NCBI GenBank assembly: GCA_963836205.1
Contig: CAWIIV010000008.1
Span: forward strand, 65,685 to 129,684
Length of the DNA stretch: 64,000 nt
Reading direction: 5' to 3'
Origin: an uncultured Acidimicrobiia bacterium
GTDB taxonomy: Bacteria; Actinomycetota; Acidimicrobiia; Acidimicrobiales; AC-14
Shown: piece by piece, positions 44,458-54,005 of the stretch
Position numbering within the stretch: position 1 is the stretch's first letter
Layout: each line of letters starts with the position of its first letter
Position numbers and translations under genes: made by a program
The notes under the pieces: generated by a model
Seen by the model: only the letters and a program-made list of their open reading frames with translations
Told to the model about the DNA's origin: nothing
Database searches by the model: none

Positions 44458-45588
44458 TTGGCGGGGCTGCCCGCGGGGGGTCGGTTGGCCGTCCGGGGCC
44501 GCGACCCCGCCCTGGCGGTGCATCTGCGGGGGTGGTGCCGGGCCCACGGCCACGGGGTGGAGTGGCCGGAGGTACCGGTCGATGGCGACGCGGACGTGGT
44601 CGCCGTCGTCGTGCGGGGCGAGGCCGACGACCAACGGTGGGCCGGGGCCGAGCGGGCGGGCGCGCCTGGCGTGGTCGTCGACCGACCGTCCGCCCGGTGG
44701 GGACTGGCCGCCCGGGGCGCGCTGGTGGAGGCGGGCGGTCCCGAGGTGGACTTCTCCCTCGACGAGCGGCGGGTGGTGTGGGCCGACGTCGCCCCCAAGC
44801 TCTACGCCCAGGCCGCCGCGGGCCAATGGGACCCGGCCACCGCCGTCGACTGGGGCGCCGCCCGTGACCACCCGGCCGACGTGGAGGCGGCCGTGGTGCA
44901 GGTCATGACCTACCTGGTGGAGAACGAGCAGGCCGCGCTGGTGGTGCCGGCCCGGTTCCTCGGCCGCATCCACCCCCACTTCCGGGAGGTCGTGCAGCTG
45001 CTGGCGGTGCAGGTGGCCGACGAGGCCCGCCACGTGGAGGTCTTCACCCGCCGGGCATTGCTCGGCGGAGGCCAGCTCGGGACTTCGGGCGCCGGAGGCC
45101 GGGCGTCGCTGGCCACCCTGGTGGCGGAGACCGACTTCTCGCAGGCCTCGTTCCTCCTGTCGGTGCTGGGCGAGGGCAGCTTCCTCAACCTGCTGGCCTT
45201 CCTCGAGCGCCACGCCCCCGACGCCGTCACCCGCCAGGTCTCCCGCCTCGCCCTCCAGGACGAGGCCCGTCACGTTGCCTTCGGCCTGGCCCACCTCGAG
45301 CACCAGGCCGAGGCCGACCCGTCGTTACGGGACCGTCTGCGGGCCGCCGTCGAGCGCCGCCACGACGCCTTGGCCGACACCGCCGGCCTCAACGAGGAGG
45401 TCTTCGACTCTCTCGTGGTCCTGGCCGCGGGTTCGTGGGAGCCGACCGCCCTGGCCGAGGGCCACCGCCGGGTGCAGCAACTCCAGGCCGAGATGGACGA
45501 GGGCCGCCAGCGCCGCCTGGTCCGCCTCGGCTTCCCGCCGGCCGAGGCCGCCGCGCTCTCCGCCCTCCACACCCGCAACTTCATGTAG
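44458..45588 (+). CDS. Ferritin-like di-iron protein (two ExxH motifs) with a TusA-like N-terminal region
   Basis: VADEARHVEVF and LQDEARHVAFGLAHLEH. The TusA-like fold string continues upstream in another frame (TVDLEGLGFEEGAHLLLKRALGG | LPAGGRLAVRGRDPALAVHLRGW). It is broken at a G4 run (44463-66), so the real start may be ATG 44367. Confidence 0.6.
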   Translation: MAGLPAGGRLAVRGRDPALAVHLRGWCRAHGHGVEWPEVPVDGDADVVAVVVRGEADDQRWAGAERAGAPGVVVDRPSARWGLAARGALVEAGGPEVDFSLDERRVVWADVAPKLYAQAAAGQWDPATAVDWGAARDHPADVEAAVVQVMTYLVENEQAALVVPARFLGRIHPHFREVVQLLAVQVADEARHVEVFTRRALLGGGQLGTSGAGGRASLATLVAETDFSQASFLLSVLGEGSFLNLLAFLERHAPDAVTRQVSRLALQDEARHVAFGLAHLEHQAEADPSLRDRLRAAVERRHDALADTAGLNEEVFDSLVVLAAGSWEPTALAEGHRRVQQLQAEMDEGRQRRLVRLGFPPAEAAALSALHTRNFM

Positions 45589-45883
45589 CCGGTCGGCGAC
45601 CATGCCGCGACATGCCGAGGCGAAGTGGGTCTGGCGGCGGAGGCCGCGCTTCTCCGGGAGGCTGCGAAGTCTCCATGACTCAAGGCCAACCTCGATCCGG
45701 GGTCGGCTTTGTGAAGCAAAACGACCGTGGATGTCGCTTTTGCTCCAGAGAATGGGGCCGCGAGGGAGGTCCTCGAGTTCAAAGGCGATCCACCCACGGA
45801 ATGGGACGGCTTCCCGGACGCGCCCGTGACCCGGGACCGAGATGGCCCGGGTCGCGCACGCCCCCTCGAGCATCGGCGGCCGG

Positions 45884-46588
45884 TTACGCCGACCGCCTTC
45901 CCCGCCCGCCGACGGTGGCCCACACGAAGCCGACCATGGCCAGCAGGGCCATCGCTCCGGCGCCGGCGTAAGCGGCGGTGGCGGCCTGGGCCCCCTTCTC
46001 GCCCAGGGTGCTGAACCCGAAGGAGGTGAGCAGGGTCCCCCGCAGCATCTCGGCCTTGAAGACGGCCTCCCGCTGGCCGGTGACGGCACCCAACTGCTTC
46101 TGGAGGTCGGCCAGGGCCGGATCGCCGCTGGCCTGGGCCGCGGCCAGCTTGGCCTGGAGGTCGAGCTGGACCTCGCCGATCTCGGCGTAGGTCTGGCCCT
46201 TGCCGATCTGCTTCACGTGGAGACCGAGGTAGTCGTTGGCGAAGCACTCCGCCTGCTTGCCGGTGGTGAGGGCCTGGCCGGCGTTGGCCACCACGCACGG
46301 CGCCTGGCGCTCGGCGTCGGTGAGGGCGGCGACGGGCTTGAAGGTGATCCGCTGCTGCGTGAGCTGGTCGGTCACGTAGTTCTCGGAGAAGTTGGCGTTA
46401 CTGGCCATCACCATGCCCATGGCCCCCAGCAGGCCGGCTACGGCGAGGGCGCCAAGGCTGATCCACAACAGGATTCGGCGGGGCCGCCGCCCGTGGTGGC
46501 GGTGGTCAGCGTGGTCACGGCTGGAGACGGCGAACGAGGTGAAGCTGGCCTCAGTCGGGGTCGGGGTCGGGGTCAGGGTTGCGGTCAT
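45884..46588 (-). CDS. Hypothetical membrane-anchored protein (N- and C-terminal TM segments)
   Basis: Start at ATG comp. 46586-88 behind GAGAGGAA. MTATLTPTPTPTEAS..., TM segments ILLWISLGALAVAGLLGAMGMVMA and GAGAMALLAMVGFVWATV. I recognise no family. Confidence 0.55.
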   Translation of the reverse strand: MTATLTPTPTPTEASFTSFAVSSRDHADHRHHGRRPRRILLWISLGALAVAGLLGAMGMVMASNANFSENYVTDQLTQQRITFKPVAALTDAERQAPCVVANAGQALTTGKQAECFANDYLGLHVKQIGKGQTYAEIGEVQLDLQAKLAAAQASGDPALADLQKQLGAVTGQREAVFKAEMLRGTLLTSFGFSTLGEKGAQAATAAYAGAGAMALLAMVGFVWATVGGRGRRSA

Positions 46589-46787
46589 CGTCGGATTCCT
46601 CTCTGGAAGGTGAAACGGGCTGGTCGTCGGCCGTCCCGAGCGGAAGGAGGAGGACGTGGAAGAGCTCGGCTCCGGTGCGAAACGTCGTCTCGACGCCGGT
46701 CGCCACGTGGCGGACCACACCCCGAAGGTCGGGCCGGCACGGCCGGTCGTCGGCCGGCGTCCAGACCCGCACCAGGAACGTCTGCAT
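46551..46787 (-). CDS. Small hypothetical protein (78 aa) downstream of the large regulator
   Basis: Strong GGAGG RBS 5-6 nt upstream of the ATG (comp. 46785-87): MQTFLVRVWTPADDRPCRPDLRGVVRHVATGVETTFRTGAELFHVLL. Its 3' end overlaps the next gene by 38 nt, so the C-terminus is doubtful. Confidence 0.4.
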   Translation of the reverse strand: MQTFLVRVWTPADDRPCRPDLRGVVRHVATGVETTFRTGAELFHVLLLPLGTADDQPVSPSREESDDDRNPDPDPDPD

Positions 46788-46846
46788 CTCCACCTCCCAT
46801 CCATCCACCGCTTCGGTCACTGCCAGGAGCAGCATCCGACCCTGCC

Positions 46847-46879
46847 TTCGGGTGGGCTTCGGGTGGGGTTCGGGTGGGC
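46847..46879. repeat. Three tandem 11-nt repeats TTCGGGTGGG(C/G) with six G3-4 tracts (G-quadruplex-capable on the + strand)
   Basis: Read directly. It lies immediately 3' of the regulator stop codon (46882-84) and upstream of the small ORF. Confidence 0.85.
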
Positions 46880-46881
46880 CT

Positions 46882-49800
46882 CTAGCGGGAGGACCGGCGG
46901 GGGCCGGCGTCGGGGAAGGCGGCCGGCTCCACGCCGATGTCGGCCATGCGGTCGCAGTAGGTGCGGTACATGCGGCGGGCCTCCCCGTGGCGGCCGGCAC
47001 CCCGCAACGCGGCGACCAGTTGGAGGTGGGCCCGCTCGTCGTAGGCGTCCCGGGCCAGCACGCGCAGCAGGTAGCGGCCGGCCCCGTCGTGGTCGCCGGC
47101 GGCCAGGGTGAGGTCGGCCAGGGCCATGGCGACGGAGAGGTAGGTGGTACGGGCCTCTTCCCGGAGGATGGTGGACCAGTCGGCGTAGAGGTCCTCCTCC
47201 AGGAACTCCCCGGCGTAGGCGGCCTCGGCCTGCGCCAGCAGGACGGCGGCCCCGGGGTTGCCGGCCGCCGACGCCCGCAGCCCGTCCCGCGCGTCGGCGA
47301 GGAACGCCTCCACATCGACCGTGACGTTGTCCAGCCGGATCCAGGCCGCGTTGCGGTCGTTGGCCACGAAGTGCTCGGCCTCGAAGCGCTTGTCCGGGTC
47401 GAGGACGGACCGGAGCGTGGAGAGGGTCACCGACAGCTTCGACCCCGCTTTGGACGGGTCCTCGTCCTCCCACAGGAGATCGATGAGGACATCTCGGGGA
47501 ACGGGGCGGCCCCGGCGGGCGACCAGGATCTTGAGCAGGTCGCGAGCCTTGCGGGACTGCCACTCGACGGTGGCGATCGGCGTCCCGCTCCGTTCGACGC
47601 CGAAGCCGCCCAGGACCCGGACGGCTAGCACCGGGCGGGCGGCGTGGGCCAGGTCGGCCTGGACCCGGGCCGCCTCGCCGGCCAGGGTGCGGGCCCCGAG
47701 CCGGCCCAGCTCCCGTTCGGCCTCGGCCGCCGCCGCCTGCGCCCCCGGGCAGCCGATGGTGGCCCGGGCCAGGAGCACCCGGGCCTCCCCCAGGGGGCTG
47801 CCGATGGAAGCCCACAGGGCGGCCGCCTCGTCGAGCAGGGGCGCCGCCGTGCGGGGATCGCCGTCGAGCCGGGCCTGGAGCTCGAGGGCGTCGGCCAGCG
47901 CCGGTCGGTCGTAGCGGGCGCGGGCGGCGGCACTCGCCTCCTCGGCCCGGGCCCCGGCGATGGTCCGCTCCCCCATCCGCAGGGCCGCCTCGGCCGCGGC
48001 CAGGAGGGCGTCGGGCCGGGCGAGCGACGGCACCGCCAAGGCCCGGGCGGTGAGGCGCTCGGCCTCCTCACAGTCGATGTCGGCCACGGTCAGGGCCAGG
48101 CCGGCCAGCGCTGGGACCAGGCCCTGGTGGTCGCCCGACGCGTCCGAGATCGAAATGGCCTCCTCGTAGTAGGTGCGGGCCAGGGTCAGGTGGCCCTGCA
48201 GGCGGTGGACGGTGCCCAGGTCGGCAAGGGGGTAGCTGGCCATGCGCGAGCCCCGGGCCTCGTAGTCGGCCTTGGCCGCCTCCAGCTCCCGCGCCGCCTC
48301 GTCCAGCCGGCCGAGGCCGAGCAGGGCGTGGCCCCGGTTGGCGAGGGCCACCGCCCGGAGCATCCCGATGCCGGCCAGGTCGGCCAACCGGACGGCCTCG
48401 TCCAGCTCCACTAAGGCCTCCCGGTACGAGCCCTCGTTGAGGAACCGCGAGCCGCGGTTGTTGCGGATGCGGACGATCTGGAAGTGGTCGTGGGCGGCCT
48501 CGGCATGGGTCAGGGCCCGCTGGTAGTGACGCATGGCGGTGCGGTCGCCGACCAGGGCCGCGGCCATGCCCCGGGCGGTGCAGGCCATGGCCCAGGCCCG
48601 GTCGTCGCCGCTCCGCCCGGCGGCGGCCTCGGACTCGGCAGTCAGTCGGTGGCAGCGCTCGACGTCGCCCAGCAGCCAGGCGACGGTGGCCGCCCAGGCG
48701 AGGACCATGGCCCGCAGGGCGTCGTCGCCGGGAGCGGCCAGCGCCCGCTGGTAGAAGTCCATGGCGACGTCGAGCTCACCGCGGAAGTGGTGGACGAGGC
48801 CCGCCACCAGGCCCGCCGACATCGACAGCGGGCCCGCGTCCGCCCCGACGCACGGCCCGAGCAGGGCGTGGGCGCCGTCGAAGTCGCCCCGGATGAGCCG
48901 GGCGACGGCCTCACCGCACGCCTGCGCCGGTTCCTCGCGGTCGGCGGCGGCCAGGAGGCCGGTGAAGGGCCGATCCTCCCCCCGCCCCTCCAGCCAGGCC
49001 GCGGCCCGCCGCACCATGACCGCGCCGTCGTCCGCCACCACCGCCAGGTGGGCCTGCACGAAGCGGCGGAGCAGGGGCGGGACGACGAACCAACCGTCGT
49101 GGTCGCCATTGCGGTCAGGGACGATCCAGAGCCCGTCCCGGGCCACCCGCCGGACCAGGTCGTCGGCGTCGGGACCGAGGATCCTGGCCACCTGGGGCGG
49201 GGTGAAGCGCTCCAGGGGGACGACGGCGCGCAGCAGGTCGACCACCGCGCCGGACGTGCCCGGGAGGACCTCCTCCACCAGGAACGCCTCCAGCGGTGTG
49301 CCGGCGTCGGCCGCCTGCGCCACCATGGCCGCCCACCGGTCGGACGGGGCGTCCTGCAGCCAGTCGGCCACGATGCGCACCCCCGCCGGCCACCCGCCGG
49401 TGGCGTCGTGCACGGCCGCGGCCACGTCGGCGGCCCCGAGCACGGACACCATCAGGGCCGCCGTCTCCGCCTCCGTGTACCGCAGCCCCGCACCGGTGAT
49501 GTCGAGCACCTGGCCCTGGCTGCGCAGGCGGGAGACCCCGAACGGCGGATCGGTGCGGGAGGCGAGCACGAGGTGGAGGCGGGCGGGGCCACTGCGGACG
49601 AGGTCGGCCAGGAGCTGGGCCGTACCCTCGGCCCCGGCCAGGTGGTGGACGTCGTCGACCACCAGGGTGAGGTCGTCGACGACACGCTGGGTGAGCACCG
49701 CGACCAGCGCGTCGGCCGCCAACGACCCCTGGCCGGAGGCGGGGACGGCCAGCCCTCCGCCGGTGATGGTGGCCGGCCCGGTCGTGACCACCTCGGCCGG

Positions 49801-50070
49801 GTCCAGGCCCGGCACGCACACCCGGACCGCCTCGAGCAGCCCCCGAGCCAACACCGCCGGGTCCCGGTCGGCGGCACCGACGGTGAACCAGGCGCGGCAC
49901 CGGTCACCCGTCCACCCGGCCAGCAAGGTGGTCTTGCCGAGGCCGGCGGCGGCCGTGACCAGGGTGAGCCGGCGGTGGTCGGCCTCGCCGAGACGGTCCA
50001 GCAGCCGGCTCCGGGGCACGAGGGCCGGCCGGTAGCCCGGCACGGTCACCTCGTCATGCGGCCCCGGCAC
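46882..50070 (-). CDS. Large STAND-type regulator: N-terminal P-loop NTPase, central TPR-like repeats, C-terminal SARP-type wHTH plus BTAD
   Basis: Walker A: LVTAAAGLGKTTLLAGW. Long helical-repeat middle region. C-terminus: VLGGFGVERSGTPIATVEWQSRKARDLLKILVARRGRPVPRDVLIDLLW...(BTAD) YDERAHLQLVAALRGAGRHGEARRMYRTYCDRMADIGVEP. Confidence 0.8.
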   Translation of the reverse strand: MPGPHDEVTVPGYRPALVPRSRLLDRLGEADHRRLTLVTAAAGLGKTTLLAGWTGDRCRAWFTVGAADRDPAVLARGLLEAVRVCVPGLDPAEVVTTGPATITGGGLAVPASGQGSLAADALVAVLTQRVVDDLTLVVDDVHHLAGAEGTAQLLADLVRSGPARLHLVLASRTDPPFGVSRLRSQGQVLDITGAGLRYTEAETAALMVSVLGAADVAAAVHDATGGWPAGVRIVADWLQDAPSDRWAAMVAQAADAGTPLEAFLVEEVLPGTSGAVVDLLRAVVPLERFTPPQVARILGPDADDLVRRVARDGLWIVPDRNGDHDGWFVVPPLLRRFVQAHLAVVADDGAVMVRRAAAWLEGRGEDRPFTGLLAAADREEPAQACGEAVARLIRGDFDGAHALLGPCVGADAGPLSMSAGLVAGLVHHFRGELDVAMDFYQRALAAPGDDALRAMVLAWAATVAWLLGDVERCHRLTAESEAAAGRSGDDRAWAMACTARGMAAALVGDRTAMRHYQRALTHAEAAHDHFQIVRIRNNRGSRFLNEGSYREALVELDEAVRLADLAGIGMLRAVALANRGHALLGLGRLDEAARELEAAKADYEARGSRMASYPLADLGTVHRLQGHLTLARTYYEEAISISDASGDHQGLVPALAGLALTVADIDCEEAERLTARALAVPSLARPDALLAAAEAALRMGERTIAGARAEEASAAARARYDRPALADALELQARLDGDPRTAAPLLDEAAALWASIGSPLGEARVLLARATIGCPGAQAAAAEAERELGRLGARTLAGEAARVQADLAHAARPVLAVRVLGGFGVERSGTPIATVEWQSRKARDLLKILVARRGRPVPRDVLIDLLWEDEDPSKAGSKLSVTLSTLRSVLDPDKRFEAEHFVANDRNAAWIRLDNVTVDVEAFLADARDGLRASAAGNPGAAVLLAQAEAAYAGEFLEEDLYADWSTILREEARTTYLSVAMALADLTLAAGDHDGAGRYLLRVLARDAYDERAHLQLVAALRGAGRHGEARRMYRTYCDRMADIGVEPAAFPDAGPRRSSR

Positions 50071-50138
50071 GTCCTCTCCCCCCTAGCCTTCTCCCTGATG
50101 AGCCGCGCCCACCGCCGTCTGATACGAGCGACGGCCTG

Positions 50139-51253
50139 ATGCTCACGTGGGCCCAGGTCGGCGCCTGGCGGATGGGCCGCCACCACCTGGTCGAGCGGGC
50201 ACCCCGCGCCGACCTCCTCGACGTGGTCTCCGACGTCTGCGGCCTCCACGCCCAGCTCTTGTCGTCGGCCGAGCTCACCGCCTGGGCCCGGGTCGCCGAC
50301 CTCGAGCCCGACGCCGTCGCCACCGCCTTGGCCGACGACCGCACCCTGGTGAAGTCGTGGGCCATGCGGGGGACGCTCCACCTCCTGCGCTCGTCGGAGT
50401 ACGGGCTCTGGCTGGGCGGGCTGAGCACCTTCCGCCACTACCTCAAGCCGTCGTGGTCGAAGGGGTTCGGGATCTCCCAGGACGAGCTCAAGCGGATGAT
50501 CGCGGCCGTGGCCGAGGTGCTCGACGGCCGCACCCTCACCCGGGACGAGCTGGCCGCCGAGGTGGCCCGCATCACCCGCTCCCCCGGCCTGGCCGAGAAA
50601 CTGCTCGGGAGCTGGGGGTCGACGCTCAAGCCGGCGACGTACCAGGGCCAGTTGTGCTTCGGGCCGGTCCGGGGCCGCAACGTCACCTTCGTCCGTCCCG
50701 ACCAGTGGCTGGAGGACCTCACGGTCGGCGCCGGCCGACGAGGCCATGGCCACCATCACCCGGCGCTTCCTGGCTGCCAACGGCCCTGCCACCAGGGAAG
50801 ATTACGCCCGGTGGTTCGCCATCACACCGGCGGCGGCCGGCAAGAACATCGCCGGTCTGGGCGACGAGGTGACCGAGGTCGACGTCGACGGCACGCCGAT
50901 GTGGATGCTGGCGGCCGACGTCGAACCCGCTCGCCGGACCAAGCCCCCCCACGTCGTCCGCCTCCTCCCCGCCTTCGACCAGCTCGTGGTCGCCTCCACC
51001 CGCCACGCCGACAACCTCCTGCCCGGACCCCGCCTGCGGGCCCGCGTCGTACCGCCCCCAGGGCTGGCTGTCGCCGGTGGTCCTCGTCGACGGCCGGATG
51101 GCCGGCGTCTGGAAGCACGAGCGCAAGGGGTCACGCCTCACGGTCACGATCGAGCCCTTCACCAAGCTCCCCAAGTGGGCCGTCAAGGCGGCCGAGTCCG
51201 AAGCGGAGGCGTTGGCGAACTTCCTCGGGGCCGAGCTGCAGATCGTCTGGTGA
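50139..51253 (+). pseudogene. Winged-helix YcaQ/AlkZ-like (HTH_42) protein with two frameshifts (~50730, ~51047)
   Basis: Three frames join into one family-typical protein: MLTWAQVGAWRMGRHHL...GLHAQ...LVKSWAMRGTLHLL...FVRPDQWLEDL | ADEAMATITRRFLAANGPATREDYARWF...LLPAFDQLVV | YRPQGWLSPVVLVDGRMAGVWKHERKG...AELQIVW*. Confidence 0.7.
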
Positions 51254-51321
51254 CGCAACCTTCCGCGCCGTCGGCGGCGTCTACAGGGAAATGGGTGGCG
51301 ATTCGGCCATCCCCGACCGAG

Positions 51322-52596
51322 ATGAGGAGCACGGCTGTGATCTGGCAACGGCGAACGGTGGGCGGGACGAGCCTGGCGACGGTGGCGATCACCGTTTTGG
51401 CGGCCTGCGGTGGCAGTTCGGGGACGCCCACATCCACGACGGCACCCCCCCGCACCGACCCCACCGGTTCAACCACTTCCACCTCGTCGGCCGTCGACGC
51501 CCCGAACACCACGTCCCTCACACAACCGGCGCCGGTCTGGCGCCCCCTGCTGGAGGCGCCGATCGCCGGTCGAATCGGTGCGGGCGTGGTCTGGACGGGA
51601 CGGGAGATGCTCGTGTGGGGCGGCCTTCCCCGACCGGCAGATCCCGACGCGCTGATGGAAAGGGTGGGCGACGGCGCCGCCTACGACCCGGCCACCCGGT
51701 CCTGGCGGACGCTCGCCCCGCCGCCTCCCGGCGTGCTCGGCATCGCCGACGAGGGCGCGGTGTGGACCGGTGACGAGGCCGTGTTCTGGACGGGGAACAT
51801 GCCCGACGGTCCCGCCAGCGGCGCCGTCTACAACCCCGGGAACGACACCTGGCGGCCTCTGCCCGACGGTCCACTCACGATTCGCGAGGGATACACCTCG
51901 GTGTGGACCGGCTCGGAGATGGTCATCCTGGGCGGCCACGGGGGCAAGAACTTCTCCGACCCGGTCGCCGCCGCCGTCGATCCCCGCACCGGCGCCTGGC
52001 GACTCCTGCCCGGTCTCAAGGACCTCGTCGGCCTCCTCCCCCACCAGGCCTTCTGGGACGGCCGCGAGGTCCTGGTCTCGGGATCACTGGCACTGTGCCC
52101 GGAGGAGGGCGGGGGATGCAGCGGGAGCCGGCCCATCTTCGTCGCCTACGACCCGAAGACCGACGTCCGCCGCGAGATCGACCTGGCCGGGACGCGCTTC
52201 GAGGATCCGAACCCCCCGCGCCCGATCGGCTGGACCGGCACCGAGCTGCTGTTCGCGGCGTACGACGAGCCGTCGCTCGCCATCCTCGGCTACGCCCCCG
52301 CGACGGGAACGTGGCGGACCGGTGCGTCCACCAGGTGCACGCCCTCGGACTCGGGCTATGCCCAAAGCGCGTGGCTGGGCGATCGCTTCCTCGGGACCTG
52401 CGGCGACGAGTTGCTCCTGTACGACGTGGCCGACGACACCTGGGACGTCGTCGACACCGACTCGTCGCCCTTGGGCACCCACTACAGCAGTGCCATCGCC
52501 TGGACGGGAACCGAGCTGATCGTGTGGAGCGGCGGGATCGAGGCCCCCTACAACCCCACGCCGAACGAGGGCGCCACCATCACCTTGGCGACGTGA
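51322..52596 (+). CDS. Lipoprotein with about 7 Kelch/beta-propeller-like repeats
   Basis: Signal and lipobox: TSLATVAITVLAAC. Recurrent blade motif: VVWTGREMLVWGG, AVWTGDEAVFWTG, SVWTGSEMVILGG, IGWTGTELLFAAY, IAWTGTELIVWSGG. Confidence 0.75.
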   Translation: MRSTAVIWQRRTVGGTSLATVAITVLAACGGSSGTPTSTTAPPRTDPTGSTTSTSSAVDAPNTTSLTQPAPVWRPLLEAPIAGRIGAGVVWTGREMLVWGGLPRPADPDALMERVGDGAAYDPATRSWRTLAPPPPGVLGIADEGAVWTGDEAVFWTGNMPDGPASGAVYNPGNDTWRPLPDGPLTIREGYTSVWTGSEMVILGGHGGKNFSDPVAAAVDPRTGAWRLLPGLKDLVGLLPHQAFWDGREVLVSGSLALCPEEGGGCSGSRPIFVAYDPKTDVRREIDLAGTRFEDPNPPRPIGWTGTELLFAAYDEPSLAILGYAPATGTWRTGASTRCTPSDSGYAQSAWLGDRFLGTCGDELLLYDVADDTWDVVDTDSSPLGTHYSSAIAWTGTELIVWSGGIEAPYNPTPNEGATITLAT

Positions 52597-52669
52597 CCGT
52601 GCTTCAGACCCAGGTTGTCGGAGAGAGTCACATGCCGTGGCAGGCTCCATCGTCCCTCAAATCTGCTAC

Positions 52670-53878
52670 TTATCCATTTTGAGGGTTGCCCTCGTCAGCA
52701 CCATTGGCACCTCTCGATGTGCTCAATTCGTCGTGCCACCCAAGCACGAGTGCGTTTGCCTCAATTACAAGACGGTCTGCCTCTTCGTAGGCCTTGCCCA
52801 TCTGGCGCATGGTACGGCTTGTGTGATAATAGCCTTTCGCAAAGTCTTGCATCAGAACATCGCCTCTACGACGTTGCTCGCTATTAATGCGGATATTATC
52901 TAAGGCCTCCCCTATTGCTGTCGCTAAACTTTCGACCAGGAATGAAGAATCCGGATGATTGAGAGCAATGCGCGAAACTGCCGTGACTAACGGATTTAGC
53001 TCTACGCTCTTGGCCAGGTAGATCCGGCCCAATTGAACGGACCGCTCAGCCAAAGGCAACTCCTCTGCTGCAAAACGCTGAAGCTCTACGAATCGAGCGC
53101 TTGCCGGGGCACCCGATTGGTTCAGCTTGCGGAGCCGATCGTGATGGACGCGATATGTCGCCTGGTGCTGAGCGTGGACTGTCTGGCTAGCTCGTACTGC
53201 TTCCAGCCAATCCGGTATGAGAGTGTCAATTCGCTCGATCAGCGAGGTGAGATCGGCTCTCTCTCCACCCCGCTTCTCCGCTAGGGACTCGGTCGCGATC
53301 TGGTGTCTTGTGACCGTCGACGCAATCTCTACGAGTCGTTTGGCAAGAATGTTCAACCCCGCTCGGTACTCAGCGGCAGCGGGTCCAGCGAGCCGCAACT
53401 CCCTCCAGTCTGAATACTGCATACGGGCCACGAGTGCAATCGCCTCGTCCTGGTTATCGGATGCGAAGCCAGGGATGTCACTGTAGAGGATAGGTAGGAC
53501 GAGGTCTCCCACGCCGAGACTCTGTGCCTGGCCGACGAACGAAATAAGTTCGCGGCGACACTCGGAGCGCTTGAAGTATCGCGGCGTAATGATGGGAATA
53601 AAGAACGTTGTTTGCACGAGGGCATTGTCAATTCGGCGCTGCCACTCGTCCCCCCATGACAAGTTGGTTCGATCGACGAATAGAATCATCGACTCACCGG
53701 TCAAGAGCGAAAATTCTGCGCGCAAACGGGCGGCAAGCTCAACAATTCCGCCAGCGTCAGCCTCGTTGTCCTCGTGGGCGTAACTCCAGAAACCGGCCGC
53801 AGCACTGTCCTCCACGCAATGAACGGTACTCGCAGTCGGGCGAGAGGTTCGATGACGATGAGCCCGACAGAATGCCAA
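52670..53878 (-). CDS. TIR-domain protein with a ~230-aa helical C-terminal domain of unknown family
   Basis: N-terminus: FWSYAHEDNEADAGGIVELAARLRAEFSLLTGESMILFVDRTNLSWGDEWQRRIDNALVQTTFFIPIITPRYFKRSECRRELISF, which fits the bacterial TIR_2 pattern. The gene lies in a visibly lower-G+C block (~50% against ~67% in the flanks). The GTG at 53815 is an alternative start. Confidence 0.8.
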   Translation of the reverse strand: MAFCRAHRHRTSRPTASTVHCVEDSAAAGFWSYAHEDNEADAGGIVELAARLRAEFSLLTGESMILFVDRTNLSWGDEWQRRIDNALVQTTFFIPIITPRYFKRSECRRELISFVGQAQSLGVGDLVLPILYSDIPGFASDNQDEAIALVARMQYSDWRELRLAGPAAAEYRAGLNILAKRLVEIASTVTRHQIATESLAEKRGGERADLTSLIERIDTLIPDWLEAVRASQTVHAQHQATYRVHHDRLRKLNQSGAPASARFVELQRFAAEELPLAERSVQLGRIYLAKSVELNPLVTAVSRIALNHPDSSFLVESLATAIGEALDNIRINSEQRRRGDVLMQDFAKGYYHTSRTMRQMGKAYEEADRLVIEANALVLGWHDELSTSRGANGADEGNPQNG

Positions 53879-54005
53879 CTGTGCGATGGCCTCCCAGCAC
53901 GATCACGATCGCCCTCGCAGCTTGAGCCGGTTCGGGCGTCTGGTATCAGCGGCGGCGTGGCGCCGGCGCGGTCTCGATGAGGTATATCGCTGCCTCAATT
54001 CGACC

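Noticed and set aside
45589-45883. A ~295-nt gap between convergent genes with slightly lower G+C and short ORFs (e.g. ...GWIAFELEDLPRGPILWSKSDIHG...).
   Set aside because: - There is no start/RBS combination, no recognisable family and no clear RNA structure. It is left unannotated.
46551-47315. A 254-aa ORF on the - strand overlapping the 3' end of the large regulator.
   Set aside because: - Upstream of 46787 it is a shadow frame of the regulator gene.
- Only the last 78 codons, with their own GGAGG RBS, look like a real small gene.
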